Source of the DNA: Microcoleus sp.
Lineage (GTDB): Bacteria; Cyanobacteriota; Cyanobacteriia; Cyanobacteriales; Microcoleaceae
Length of the DNA: 64,000 bases
Assembly (NCBI GenBank): GCA_052279835.1
Contig: CP181291.1
Location: forward strand, 128,001-192,000
Direction of reading: 5' to 3'
Shown: positions 11,663-23,732 of the stretch, piece after piece
Position numbering within the stretch: the stretch's first letter is position 1
Layout: each line of letters begins with the position of its first letter
Notes under the pieces: generated by a model
Databases searched by the model: none
What the model saw: only the letters and a program-made list of their open reading frames with translations
What the model was told of the DNA's origin: nothing
Position numbers and translations under genes: made by a program

Positions 11663-11951
11663 CATAGGTGTCAACTTAAGGTCAAACCCAGTCACAGATA
11701 TCTCCCTAGCCCCTCCCAGGAGACCCACCCCTAGCCCCTCCCAGGAGACCCACCCCTAGCCCCTCCCAGGAGACCCACCCCTAGCCCCTCCCAGGAGGGG
11801 AACCGGATCTAGCTCCCCTCTAGAGAGGGGCTGGGGGTGTGTCGGATCTAGCTCCCCTCTAGAGAGGGGCTGGGGGTGTGTCGGATCTAGCTCCCCTCTA
11901 GAGAGGAGAGTAGGTACACACCATGCTTTTAAGCTTAAGTTGACACCTATG
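11663..11951. mobile_element. MITE with perfect 18-bp TIRs (CATAGGTGTCAACTTAAG) inside a GTAG REP; internal 25-bp x4 and 39-bp x3 tandem repeats
   Basis: TIRs at 11663-11680 and 11934-11951. Flanks GTAGGGACACGGCACTGCC and GGCACGGCGCCCTGTCCCTAC. Confidence 0.85.
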
Positions 11952-12009
11952 GGCACGGCGCCCTGTCCCTACTTTGGGTAAGATGAATATCACTAAAATC
12001 GTAAATAAT

Positions 12010-14829
12010 TTACCGGGCCGATGGTAACTTGAGTTCGATACCGACTTTTTGACCTAAATCGATCGCATTATTGGTAAAATCGGTTATATTTGCGATCGGA
12101 CTAGCAATACCCGCGGCGATCGCCAAAATAACACCCAATTTTTTAGCAATCAGTTTCAGATTCCGCTTGTCTTCGGGTTTGTTTAGTTGTGCTTCCACAT
12201 TGCCAATTTCCATCAACACTTCTTCGCGTTCGTCTTCTGGAAATTGGGCGGCGTTTTCACGCATCGATGAGATTAGCTTTAGAAGTTCTGCCGTATTGGC
12301 ATTATTGTTATGCACGGATTGATTGCCGCTAACTTGAGCGGTGTTCGACGAACCGCCGATATTGCCGGAGAAGTTAGCACCTTGAAAAGCATTTTGAAAG
12401 TTATTGGTTTCGGAAGAATCTTCAGTATTTTGGGGATTCATGTTTAAGTTTAAGTTGTAAATAGTTTGTTGAGAATTGGGACGCTCTCTAGAAGATTCTA
12501 CCGAATCAAGTCGATCGATTCCAGAAACTTTCTCTTGGGAATAGTCTGGGAAATCCTCGATTAAGCCCCGCACGTTGACCATTTTATAACTTGTTTGGCA
12601 CTGGATCTCATATTGTTTATCGTTGTAGAACTGCTGAAGAACATTGAACGGATAGGCGTGGGGAGACTTGTTCCCCGTGCATTTTAAACAATTGCAGGGG
12701 ATGAATTCTTGGTATTTTAGGCGGTTATCATAACTGCGATGAATCCTCCTCAAGAGTTCGTCGCGGATTTTATCTAATAGGGTTTTTTTCTGGGTTCCAG
12801 ATACGCGGATGCAGATTTCCTTTTTCTCGTAGTTCTCGATGACTTCAGCTTTGGCGTAGCCTTCAGTGAGGACAACGCCCTCGCGCCAGACAATATCCTC
12901 AATCAAGTCGTGCATCTGCACAATCAGCCTGGTGATGATGCCTTTGGGCATAAACGTATACTCATAGCGCACTATCAGGTTATCGGTGTCGTCCCAGGGG
13001 TAGTCTGGCTTTTCGACGCGGAGGCGTTGTGGGGCGATGTAGTGTCCCGGTTGGTAGGGGATTTCGTAGCAGAGTTTGAAGCTTTTCATAAGCTGGAGTA
13101 GCTTACCGTGGAGATTTTGGTATTGTCTGTCACTCCAGATTTCGCTGAGGTTTTCGTCGGTGAAGTATCCGCAGTTGGCGATGACTTGTTGGTTGTCGGT
13201 GACTTTATAAACGGCGTTAGTTGCCCATTCGGGACGGAGGATGACCAGGTTATCGAGGATAGATTCTCGCTTAGTGTCAGGATCTTTTTGGAAGTGGAGG
13301 ATAATACCGAGATCGTGCAGGTATTTGCTCAGACTCAGCATGGCGGGTTTGTCGGACTTGTCAAAGCCTTGGCTGATGCAGATGTTGTAGAAATCATGGA
13401 CATCAATGTAGTTTGTGCTTCCGGCGTAGTTTTCCAGGACGTGGCGGACGTTGGCCCAGCGTCTGGGAATGGGTATACCGACGTGGTTGAGGGTGGTGAT
13501 GCGGGTTTGTAGGGCGCGTTGCAGTTCATCGAGTCCGCGATTGTCAAACAGGTTGGTGCGGAGGGATTTTTCTAAGTTGGCAAAGTCGCCGCGCAGTTGA
13601 GGATCGTTGATTTCGCAGCGGCGGTTTTGTTTTTCGTTGTGGACGAGGAGGACTGGACTGGCGCTGCTGAGGAGTTCGATGATGTTCAGCCAGTAGCAGA
13701 GGTTGGGGTTTTCGCGGCGGTTATCGACTAGCAGAATGTAGAGGGAACGTTCGGTGAGGAAGAATTGGTGAGTGGCGTGGTAGATTTCCTGTCCGCCGAA
13801 GTCCCAGATGTGGACGCGGAAGGTTTTGCCGTTGTGTGGGAATTTCCAGCGCAGCACGTCGATGCCTTCGGTGGAGGGTTCTTGTTCTTGTTCTGGGAGT
13901 TGGTAGTCGGGGTTGAGGAGTTTTTTTGCGAGGGTGGTTTTTCCGGCTGTGCCTTCGCCGACGATGAGGAGTTTGGCTTCGTAGAGTTCTTCGCAGTCAT
14001 CGGGGTTGCGGGTTTGGAAGTAGAAGTCGAGGATGGTACGCAAATCGCCTGCTTCGTAGAATTCTTCGCCTTGGAGGATTTCGGGGGGAATCGGGAGCGG
14101 ATTTCCCCGCAAGTCTAGTTTTTCCAGCTTTTCCATGCAGCGAATCGCCTCTGGGATGACGGTAATCTGATTGTTACTGAGGTAAAGCTCTGTCAGATTC
14201 GAGAGTTGGGCGATCGCCTCTGGGATGACGGTAATCTGATTGTTCCAGAGGTAAAGCTCTGTCAGATTCGAGAGTTGGGCGATCGCCTCTGGGATGACGG
14301 TAATCTGATTGTTCCAGAGGTAAAGCTGTGTCAGATTCGAGAGTTGGGCGATCGCCTCTGGGATGACGGTAATCTGATTGTTACTGAGGTAAAGCTCTGT
14401 CAGATTCGAGAGTTGGGCGATCGCCTCTGGGATGACGGTAATCTGATTGTTCCAGAGGTAAAGCTCTGTCAGATTCGAGAGTTGGGCGATCGCCTCTGGG
14501 ATGACGGTAATCTGATTGTTCCAGAGGTAAAGCTCTGTCAGATTCGAGAGTTGGGCGATCGCCTCTGGGATGACGGTAATCTGATTGTTAGATAAGTTAA
14601 GTATTTTTAAATTGGTTAATTGCAGAACAACATCAGGAAACTCAGTTAGTTTATTCCCAATCAATTCTCGTTTCTCCTCATCCCACTTTCCCAACACCAA
14701 AGTCTCAAGCTGGGTGCACTTGCCAATCTCCGGCGGCAATTCCTCCAACTCCAACCCCGCCAAATCCAATTCTGTCTGGCCCTCCGCAGCCGCTTTGTCG
14801 ATTAACTGCAACAATTCCTCTTTCGTCAT
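12010..14829 (-). CDS. LRR-Roc-COR (Roco) GTPase, 939 aa
   Basis: 23-aa LRRs; G1 GEGTAGKTT; WDFGGQEIYHATHQFFLT; COR-type YLHDLGIILHF and MPKGIITRLIV. Confidence 0.93.
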   Translation of the reverse strand: MTKEELLQLIDKAAAEGQTELDLAGLELEELPPEIGKCTQLETLVLGKWDEEKRELIGNKLTEFPDVVLQLTNLKILNLSNNQITVIPEAIAQLSNLTELYLWNNQITVIPEAIAQLSNLTELYLWNNQITVIPEAIAQLSNLTELYLSNNQITVIPEAIAQLSNLTQLYLWNNQITVIPEAIAQLSNLTELYLWNNQITVIPEAIAQLSNLTELYLSNNQITVIPEAIRCMEKLEKLDLRGNPLPIPPEILQGEEFYEAGDLRTILDFYFQTRNPDDCEELYEAKLLIVGEGTAGKTTLAKKLLNPDYQLPEQEQEPSTEGIDVLRWKFPHNGKTFRVHIWDFGGQEIYHATHQFFLTERSLYILLVDNRRENPNLCYWLNIIELLSSASPVLLVHNEKQNRRCEINDPQLRGDFANLEKSLRTNLFDNRGLDELQRALQTRITTLNHVGIPIPRRWANVRHVLENYAGSTNYIDVHDFYNICISQGFDKSDKPAMLSLSKYLHDLGIILHFQKDPDTKRESILDNLVILRPEWATNAVYKVTDNQQVIANCGYFTDENLSEIWSDRQYQNLHGKLLQLMKSFKLCYEIPYQPGHYIAPQRLRVEKPDYPWDDTDNLIVRYEYTFMPKGIITRLIVQMHDLIEDIVWREGVVLTEGYAKAEVIENYEKKEICIRVSGTQKKTLLDKIRDELLRRIHRSYDNRLKYQEFIPCNCLKCTGNKSPHAYPFNVLQQFYNDKQYEIQCQTSYKMVNVRGLIEDFPDYSQEKVSGIDRLDSVESSRERPNSQQTIYNLNLNMNPQNTEDSSETNNFQNAFQGANFSGNIGGSSNTAQVSGNQSVHNNNANTAELLKLISSMRENAAQFPEDEREEVLMEIGNVEAQLNKPEDKRNLKLIAKKLGVILAIAAGIASPIANITDFTNNAIDLGQKVGIELKLPSAR
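14141..14589 (-). repeat. ~6.5 x 69-bp near-identical LRR-coding repeats
   Basis: Unit encodes LSNLT(E/Q)LYL(W/S)NNQITVIPEAIAQ. Confidence 0.95.
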
Positions 14830-14908
14830 ATGCTTTGTCGATCTGTAGTCTTCATTTGATTGTGACAGGATTTTTTGCTTGGTGGGAGTTTCCCATGCAC
14901 CGCAATCT

Positions 14909-15572
14909 AAGAAACCGGGTTTTTTTGAGTTTCTACGACTGTTGCGAATATTCTGGTAAAAACCCGGTTTCTGGCCACCCGTGAGTCATTTAAGAAACCG
15001 GGTTTTTTTGAGTTTCTACGACTGTTGCGAATATTCTGGTAAAAACCCGGTTTCTGGCCACCCGTGAGTCATTTAAGAAACCGGGTTTTTTTGAGTTTCT
15101 ACGACTGTTGCGAATATTCTGGTAAAAACCCGGTTTCTGGCCACCCGTGAGTCATTTAAGAAACCGGGTTTTTTTGAGTTTCTGCGCTGTCACCAACAAT
15201 TCTGATAAAAACCCGGTTTCTGGCCACCCGTGAGTCATTTAAGAAACCGGGTTTTTTTGAGTTTCTACGACTGTTGCGAATATTCTGGTAAAAACCCGGT
15301 TTCTGGCCACCCGTGAGTCATCTAAGAAACCGGGTTTTTTTGAGTTTCTACGACTGTTGCGAATATTCTGGTAAAAACCCGGTTTCTGGCCACCCGTGAG
15401 TCATCTAAGAAACCGGGTTTTTTTGAGTTTCTGCGCTGTCACCAACAATTCTGATAAAAACCCGGTTTCTGGCCACCCGTGAGTCATTTAAGAAACCGGG
15501 TTTTTTTGAGTTTCTGCGCTGTCACCAACAATTCTGATAAAAACCCGGTTTCTGGCCACCCGTGAGTCATCT
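14909..15572. repeat. Tandem array, 8 x 83 bp; each unit an AGAAACCGGGTTTTT...AAAAACCCGGTTTCT hairpin with one of two loop alleles
   Basis: Units start at 14909, 14992, 15075, 15158, 15241, 15324, 15407, 15490; loop order AAABAABB. Confidence 0.95.
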
Positions 15573-15587
15573 CTGGCCTACGCATCA

Positions 15588-16505
15588 CTATCCCAGGGCG
15601 ATCGCGCTTTCAGATACAGAGGTAAACTGAAGTTGACTGGGTGAGACATCTTTCACTAAACCCAAGATATTGCCGGTACTTGCTTCCCGAATCACCGTCG
15701 CCTTAGTGTTTAAAAATCTAAACTCAGTAGTGATAATGCTTCCTGGAGGAATAGGCCCGCTGCTGTCGTAATCTCTGGCATCACCAATTGTGATAAACTT
15801 TTCGGTTAAAATCAGATCGTTTCTCGTCAGCCCAGACGCTAATCCAATTAAATCTCCTTGAGATGGATTGTAATCGAGAATAAAATCTGCGGGTACTGCT
15901 TCTACATTAGAAGGAAAAGTCCCCACAGGACGGGGTTGATCGGAACCAAAGTCTGTGGAGGTTGCTCCCGCTTCTCTTCTAATTATAAACAAATCTGCGC
16001 CTTCTCCTCCCCAAAGTCGATCGACTCCGGCATCACCAATCAGAGTATCGTTGCCACTTTCTCCTAGTAAAGCATCATTGCCTTTACCGCCTCGAACAAA
16101 ATCATTTCCTGTACCTCCATAAGCATAATCATCGTCTCGATCGCCACTGAGGATATCATTAGCACATTCTCCATAAAGAAGGTCAGAATCTTGACCGCCA
16201 CGAATAGTGTCGCTACCACAACCTCCGATTAAAGTATCTCTGCCACTGTTACCATTAATTAGTTCCGCACCACCGGAACCTCGGACAAAATCGTTGCCTC
16301 CCAAGGCCCGCACTCCCCCCGGAGTGTTGCGGAGAATTCCATTGGCTAATTGAACTATATCGTCATTGGCAGTCAGGTCAAAAAAGTTGGGGTCGCCTTG
16401 ATTTGGCAAGGGGCCAGTTAATAATTTGATGTTGGGGGGATCGGCAATAATTGGGCTGGAGTTTTCAGCTAATGCTCTAATTTCTCCTAGGGTCGTTTCT
16501 GACAT
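15588..16505 (-). CDS. Hemolysin-type (RTX) calcium-binding protein
   Basis: Multiple GGxGxDxL repeats; DFILDYNPSQGDLIGL C-terminal motif. Confidence 0.88.
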   Translation of the reverse strand: MSETTLGEIRALAENSSPIIADPPNIKLLTGPLPNQGDPNFFDLTANDDIVQLANGILRNTPGGVRALGGNDFVRGSGGAELINGNSGRDTLIGGCGSDTIRGGQDSDLLYGECANDILSGDRDDDYAYGGTGNDFVRGGKGNDALLGESGNDTLIGDAGVDRLWGGEGADLFIIRREAGATSTDFGSDQPRPVGTFPSNVEAVPADFILDYNPSQGDLIGLASGLTRNDLILTEKFITIGDARDYDSSGPIPPGSIITTEFRFLNTKATVIREASTGNILGLVKDVSPSQLQFTSVSESAIALG

Positions 16506-16813
16506 CCTAACTTTCTCCTATTTTGATTGACTTTGTTGACACTTTGATTTATACAAAGGTTGTAATTTGTGATTGGTGATTGGTAATTGGTTATTGGTGA
16601 TTGGTGATTGGTTATTGGTCAAATCCTTTCCCATTTTATCCGAATCTCGAAGTATCCGAGTTTCTGGGCCTCTCTCTTCCCCATCGCCTCCATGGCCCAA
16701 ATCCGCAAATATTTTGAATATAGGTACAATAATTCGCGGGATCGCGTACTCTATTAACCGTCAGCAGTCAGTGACTGAAAACTAACTGAATGCTAATTGT
16801 CATGAAACCTTGA

Positions 16814-18115
<1,302 letters not shown>

Positions 18116-18119
18116 AATT

Positions 18120-18250
18120 TGGTAATGGGTAATCGGGAATTGGGAATTCACATCCTGTAGGGGCGGGTTTTACAAACAATAATTGCCTCAAACCAATAAT
18201 CTCGTAAACCCGCCCCGGCCCAATTACCAATTACCCATTCTCAATTACCG
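18120..18250. repeat. GTAG REP doublet nested in inverted STRRs between convergent eno and argC
   Basis: GTAGGGGCGGGTTT...AAACCCGCCCC flanked by GGTAATG/GGGAATT and AATTACC heptamers. Confidence 0.75.
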
Positions 18251-18259
18251 AACTCTCAA

Positions 18260-19318
18260 TTAAGGATAGAAAGCCAATTGAGGTAAACCCAAAGTTTCTT
18301 CCCAGCCCATCATCAAATTCATGCACTGGATACCTTGTCCGGCTTGACCTTTAATTAAATTATCGATCGCCGACATGACAATTACTCTGTCAGTACGCGG
18401 ATCTACTTCCACGCCTATGTAACAAAGATTTGTACCACAAGCCCATTTTGACTGTGGATAAACCCCAGCAGGCAAAACTTTTACTAGAGGAGAATTGCGG
18501 TAAAAAGCGTTGAAAATGGTGATTAAATCTTCCCGCACCAATCCCGGATCGCGCAAATTTGCGTAAACAGTTGCCAGAATTCCCCGCACCATCGGCATCA
18601 GGTGAGGAGTAAATTGGACTTTAATATCGTGTCCGGCTAAATCGCTACAAATTTGCTCAATTTCGGGCGTGTGGCGGTGGCGGCCCACGCCGTAAGCGCC
18701 TATGGAGTTGTCAGCTTCTGCCAACAATAGATTAATTTCGCCTTTGCGGCCTCCTCCCGAAGATCCAGACTTGGCATCGATAATTGCTGTTTCTGGAACG
18801 ATGATACCTTGTTTGAGCAAGGGGGCCAGGGCCAACAAACTAGCTGTGACGTAGCAGCCGGCACAGCCTACTAATTGAGCGTTTTTAATGCGATCGCGAT
18901 ACAATTCTGGTAAACCATAAACAGCGGTTGCTGCTAGAGCAGAGTCCGAGCGATCGCCACCGTACCAAGCTTTGTAAGTGTCGAGATTTTCAAACCTGTA
19001 GTCAGCCGACAAATCCAAGACTTTGCAGCCTTTTTCGATTAGTGTCGGTGCCATTTGGTAAGCCAAACCGTTAGGTAGGGACAGAAACACAACTTCACAT
19101 TTGGCCGCTATTGTTTCTAAGTCGATCGCCTCGACTGTCAAATCAATGCAGTTAGTCAGATGGGGATAAAGGCTGGAATAAGGTTTTCCCGCACTGCTAT
19201 CCCCCCCCAAATACACTACTTCTGCCGCCGGGTGATCCGCCAGCAACCGTACAAGTTGCACGCCGCCGTACCCTGAAGCGCCGATAATTCCTACAGGCAC
19301 ACGTCCAACATTTCCCAT
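18260..19318 (-). CDS. argC: N-acetyl-gamma-glutamyl-phosphate reductase
   Basis: GASGYGG, DLSADYR, VYGLPE, GCY, HRHTPEI, IDNLIKG. Confidence 0.98.
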   Translation of the reverse strand: MGNVGRVPVGIIGASGYGGVQLVRLLADHPAAEVVYLGGDSSAGKPYSSLYPHLTNCIDLTVEAIDLETIAAKCEVVFLSLPNGLAYQMAPTLIEKGCKVLDLSADYRFENLDTYKAWYGGDRSDSALAATAVYGLPELYRDRIKNAQLVGCAGCYVTASLLALAPLLKQGIIVPETAIIDAKSGSSGGGRKGEINLLLAEADNSIGAYGVGRHRHTPEIEQICSDLAGHDIKVQFTPHLMPMVRGILATVYANLRDPGLVREDLITIFNAFYRNSPLVKVLPAGVYPQSKWACGTNLCYIGVEVDPRTDRVIVMSAIDNLIKGQAGQGIQCMNLMMGWEETLGLPQLAFYP

Positions 19319-19734
19319 TTTCTTTTACCCCTGAGCCCTTGAAACCTAAAAAACGCTTTAACTTTTGCTGCATTATAGTATCAAATGGCAACTTTGGCGG
19401 TCAATAATTGTGTTGTTTTGCGATCGACCTGCGGTGGCGATGTGGACACACTCCGTGGAGACCCTCAAAATCGGGTTTTTAAGTCGCACTCTCTGTCCAA
19501 GCTGGGTTTAGTCTCATAAATTTGTTACTTTTGTCGATCGGTCGATCGCAAAAACCCTAGAATTGACAAACCGATGTGCGATCGTTCTATAAAACTACTA
19601 ATCCCCGACATCAAAACCGGAGATTAACCCTCTTCCTTCTTCCTGAATTTCCCCCCTTGGGGGGGGCTGGGGGGGGTGACTTCTTCCTTCTTCCTTCTTC
19701 CTTCTTCCTTCTTCCTTCTTCCTTCTTCCTTCCT

Positions 19735-20751
19735 ATGGGCATAGTTGTCGAAAACGTATCAAAACACTTTGGCAGTTTCCAAGCACTCGATAGAGTCAGC
19801 TTAGAAATTGAATCCGGTTCCCTAGTCGCATTGCTCGGCCCCTCTGGTTCAGGGAAGTCTACCCTGCTGCGACTGATTGCCGGCCTAGAAATGCCCGACT
19901 CCGGCAAAATCTGGCTCACAGGCCAAGATGCCACAAATACCAGCGTCCAAGACCGCAAAATAGGGTTTGTGTTTCAGCACTACGCCCTATTCAAACACAT
20001 GACAGTGCGGAAAAATATCGCTTTTGGGCTCGAAATTCAGAAAGCAGCACCTGCAAAAGTCAAATCGCGGGTAGAGGAATTGTTGAATTTGGTGCAGTTG
20101 GGAGGATTGGGCGATAGATACCCGTCGCAACTCTCAGGTGGCCAGCGACAGCGGGTAGCCCTAGCTAGAGCTTTGGCCGTGGAACCAAAAGTGCTACTGT
20201 TGGACGAACCTTTTGGAGCACTGGATGCCAAAGTTCGGAAAGACTTGCGTGCTTGGTTGCGACGATTGCACGATGAGGTTCACGTTACCACAGTCTTTGT
20301 TACCCACGACCAAGAAGAAGCGATGGAAGTTGCCGATCGAATTACTGTCATGAGTAAAGGTAAAATCGAACAAGTAGGAACACCCGCAGAAATTTACGAC
20401 CATCCAGCCAGTGCTTTTGTGATGAGTTTTATCGGGCCTGTGAATGTATTGCCCAGCAGTTCCAGGATGTTTCAAGACAACGGCTTTGACTCAGCCAACC
20501 CGGAGATGTTCTTGCGCCCTCACGACGTGGTAATTGAAACCACAGAAAACAGTGCCACAGTACCAGCCAGAATCAGTCGCTTGATTCATTTAGGGTGGGA
20601 AATTCAGGTAGAATTAACTTTAGATGACGGTCAAGTAGTCAATGCTAATTTGACTAGAGAAAGGTTTGACATTTTACAGTTGCAGCCACAACAAAGAGTT
20701 TTTGTTAAACCGAAAGATGCTAAATCTTTTCCGCTTTTTTATTCAATTTAA
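19735..20751 (+). CDS. cysA: Sulfate ABC transporter ATP-binding protein
   Basis: [44 protein letters not shown]. The ORF-track 5' extension is a TTCCTTC repeat. Confidence 0.95.
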   Translation: MGIVVENVSKHFGSFQALDRVSLEIESGSLVALLGPSGSGKSTLLRLIAGLEMPDSGKIWLTGQDATNTSVQDRKIGFVFQHYALFKHMTVRKNIAFGLEIQKAAPAKVKSRVEELLNLVQLGGLGDRYPSQLSGGQRQRVALARALAVEPKVLLLDEPFGALDAKVRKDLRAWLRRLHDEVHVTTVFVTHDQEEAMEVADRITVMSKGKIEQVGTPAEIYDHPASAFVMSFIGPVNVLPSSSRMFQDNGFDSANPEMFLRPHDVVIETTENSATVPARISRLIHLGWEIQVELTLDDGQVVNANLTRERFDILQLQPQQRVFVKPKDAKSFPLFYSI

Positions 20752-20901
20752 TCCCCATACCGATTTGGGATTTGGGATAGAAAATTTTGGATGAAACGAA
20801 GAGCAAGTCGCCGAATTTATCATAGACAAATCCCCGACTTGTTTAATAAGCCAGGGATTTAATAGTAATTTGAGACTAACAATTGAAAACTGACAAACAA
20901 A

Positions 20902-21243
20902 TTAGTCTTTGATCTTGCTAACAGCCTTTTTGACTTGTTGCTCAAAAGATGTAGCACTGGTGTTGCCAGGATTCAGCATCTTTTCGCTGTCCGCATCTCC
21001 CTGAACTTCATTAATCCCTTCGTTGGCTTTTTTCTGAGTTTCTTGCAGAGACATCGGGTCTTTCAAAACTGCTTTTTGAGCTTCTTTCTCAATGCCTAAA
21101 AGTTGATCAGTAGCTTCTGTAGGTTTGCTAGTAACTGCAAAGGCGGGAAAAACGTTAGAAACAAACAGCAATGTACAAAAACAAATGGCTACAAAACTGC
21201 GAACTAAACCCTTGACAGATAGATTAAAATTCATAAAAGACAT
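20902..21243 (-). CDS. Small exported protein resembling cyanobacterial 'low-temperature-induced' proteins
   Basis: Signal peptide ending PAFA; GINEVQGDAD motif. Family name from recall only. Confidence 0.6.
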   Translation of the reverse strand: MSFMNFNLSVKGLVRSFVAICFCTLLFVSNVFPAFAVTSKPTEATDQLLGIEKEAQKAVLKDPMSLQETQKKANEGINEVQGDADSEKMLNPGNTSATSFEQQVKKAVSKIKD

Positions 21244-21608
21244 ACCAACAAGTTTCCTTTTCTAGATTTTTTTTCGCTGCGACAATTGTTAACAGGTTGA
21301 TGATTACTCAAACCCTGGACAATATTAAGTTGAATTTTGAGATAAGCAATAGCCTTGAGCAGTTGCCGTCTTTCAAATTGAACTAATATATATTTAACTA
21401 AACCAACAGGCGCTTGAAATCCTTCTCAGGGAATATTTTGAAAAAAGCACAAGGAATAGGGAAGAGGGAACAAGAAACAGGGACAATACAGTGATGGGGA
21501 CACACGCAGAGGATGAATTTATCTCAATTCCGGTTGCAGCGTCAGGTGATAGTTGTGAGACTATCCCCATCTCCCCATCTCCCCATCTCCCTTCTGCTTA
21601 AATTCACG

Positions 21609-22376
21609 TTACTGCCGCACGGGAATTTGGCATTCTGCTAGATAAGTTTTAATTTGTCCCACGTTGAGTTGGCCGTAATGCAGCAGCGAAGCTAGCAGGG
21701 CTGCTTCGGCTTTACCTTCTGTCACTGCTTGGTAGATGTGGTGGCAGTTGCCGGCACCACCGGAAGCAATGACCGGAATTTCGACAGTTTCAGCGATACT
21801 TCTGGTTAAATCCAAGTCGTAGCCAGCTTGAGTGCCGTCAGAGTCCATACTTGTCACCAGCAATTCGCCCGCGCCACGTTTTTCGGCTTCCTTTGCCCAG
21901 GCGACGGCATCTTTGCCCGTATTTTCTCGCCCTCCGCGCACGTACACATCCCAACCGGGATTATCTGCGTCTTGTCGTTGGCGCGCGTCGATCGCCACTA
22001 CAATACACTGATTGCCAAATCGATCGCTCGCTTTGTCGATTAAACTTGGATCGCGCACCGCCGCTGAATTAATACTCACCTTATCGGCACCAGCCCTCAA
22101 TAAACTTTTAATTGTATCCAAGGATTGGATACCACCACCCACTGTCAAAGGGATAAAAACTCGATCGGCAGTCCGGTACACTACATCAATAATAATGTCG
22201 CGGTCTTCATGAGTCGCAGTAATATCTAGAAACACCAACTCGTCCGCACCAGCATCATTGTAAACCTGTGCCATTTCTACCGGATCGCCAGCATCTTTAA
22301 GGTTGACAAAATTGACACCTTTGACGACGCGGCCAGCTTTTACATCCAGACAGGGCAAAATTCTTTTCGACAACAT
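21609..22376 (-). CDS. hisF: Imidazole glycerol phosphate synthase cyclase subunit
   Basis: [40 protein letters not shown]. Confidence 0.99.
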   Translation of the reverse strand: MLSKRILPCLDVKAGRVVKGVNFVNLKDAGDPVEMAQVYNDAGADELVFLDITATHEDRDIIIDVVYRTADRVFIPLTVGGGIQSLDTIKSLLRAGADKVSINSAAVRDPSLIDKASDRFGNQCIVVAIDARQRQDADNPGWDVYVRGGRENTGKDAVAWAKEAEKRGAGELLVTSMDSDGTQAGYDLDLTRSIAETVEIPVIASGGAGNCHHIYQAVTEGKAEAALLASLLHYGQLNVGQIKTYLAECQIPVRQ

Positions 22377-22641
22377 AAAATTATTTGGTTTCTATTTGAA
22401 CAAGGGTTGCTGCATGGGCGTAACTTTTGGCAGCAACAATAGATAAGCTCGCTTGTGGGTGCCCTAGAATTCGGTCATACTAAGTCAGTCCGGTGCATCG
22501 TAAATCGACTAAACAATCTAAAATTTTAGAATAGGGGATTTGAGTTTTTTTAGCCAAACTATCAATTATAAAACTCCCGGTCAATCTAAAATTGCAAGTG
22601 TAGAACTTTAAATCGGTCGAATTGATGTCGTTTCTAAGACT

Positions 22642-23625
22642 GTGGTGACTTTGCAAACGAACCCACATATGGTACTTCGCACAGAAGGTGGCAATCGCTA
22701 CTTGCCCCTGGCTGGCAGCAATTGCTGGACAGTAGGGCGGAGTGATGACAATAATTTTGTGTTAGTCGATCGCTGGATTTCCCGGAATCATGCGATGTTA
22801 CAGCAAATGGAAACCGGAGAATTTTACCTGATCGACTTGGGAAGCCGCAATGGTTCTTTTGTCAACGGGCGGCGGGTAAGTATTCCGGTGACACTCAAAA
22901 ATGGCGATCGGCTGATGTTTGGTCAAACCGAATTAGACTTCTATGACCCAACCGCTAGTCGCCAACTCACTCAGACACACGACACAGACTCCGATGATTT
23001 TACAGCAACTTTAACAGTCCGCAGCCTGATTAGTGTCATGGTAATGGATATCCGAGACTTCACGGTGCTGACTCGGCAGCTAGACGAAACTATCCTCTCG
23101 GAAGTGATTGGCAGTTGGTTCCGTTCTTCAGGGGGACACATCATTCGCAAACACGGTAGTTGGGTAGACAAATACATCGGCGATGCGATCATGGCAGTGT
23201 GGTTCCACAAAACCGATGGTGTGAGTAATGAAGAAATGATGCTAATTTGTCAAGCTTTGAGCCAACTGCACAAGGCAACGGACGAACTGAGCACTCGTTA
23301 CCCCCTACCTTTTCCTTTGCGAGTCGGTGTGGGAATTAACACTGGTTATGCGATGGTAGGAAATTCTGGTAGCAGCGATCGATCGGACTACACAGCCTTG
23401 GGAGATACTGTCAATGCTGCGTTTCGCTTGGAATCTTGCACGAAGGAACTGGGTAAGGACATCGCCGTAGGACAAACTACCTACAAATACCTGCGGGAAT
23501 TGGGGGCAGAGAGCGCTTTCGATCGCCACGTCGTGGATTTGAAAGGTTACGACACTCCGACAGTGACTTACGGGAGTACCTATAGAGACTTGGACACTTT
23601 TTTGAAATCCATGGGCAAGAGTTAG
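22642..23625 (+). CDS. FHA-domain class III adenylate/guanylate cyclase
   Basis: FHA GR...ISRNHA...GSRNGSFVNG; cyclase DIRDFT, DKYIGDA, GDTVNAAFRLE. Confidence 0.92.
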   Translation: MVTLQTNPHMVLRTEGGNRYLPLAGSNCWTVGRSDDNNFVLVDRWISRNHAMLQQMETGEFYLIDLGSRNGSFVNGRRVSIPVTLKNGDRLMFGQTELDFYDPTASRQLTQTHDTDSDDFTATLTVRSLISVMVMDIRDFTVLTRQLDETILSEVIGSWFRSSGGHIIRKHGSWVDKYIGDAIMAVWFHKTDGVSNEEMMLICQALSQLHKATDELSTRYPLPFPLRVGVGINTGYAMVGNSGSSDRSDYTALGDTVNAAFRLESCTKELGKDIAVGQTTYKYLRELGAESAFDRHVVDLKGYDTPTVTYGSTYRDLDTFLKSMGKS

Positions 23626-23732
23626 CCAAGAATTCGGACTCCGCGCCCGTGCCCGATTTCTTGCGAAAACTGCATAAGCAAAATGGTAATCTCTACATAA
23701 ATGCTGTGTATTAAATTGGGAGACATAACTTC

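Noticed and set aside
11756..11956. 66-aa repetitive ORF (also 34119, 45895, 45933)
   Set aside because: Lie within MITE/REP sequences with no coding evidence.
14141..14589. Diversity-generating retroelement TR/VR pair
   Set aside because: No reverse transcriptase in the window; repeats are tandem and in-frame, with only two variable sites.
14909..15572. CRISPR array
   Set aside because: Only two 'spacer' sequences, reused; units are tandem hairpins with solo copies elsewhere; no cas genes in the window.
19576..19734. N-terminal extension of CysA
   Set aside because: Made of TTCCTTC heptamers and a C/G-run repeat; the recognisable protein begins at ATG 19735.
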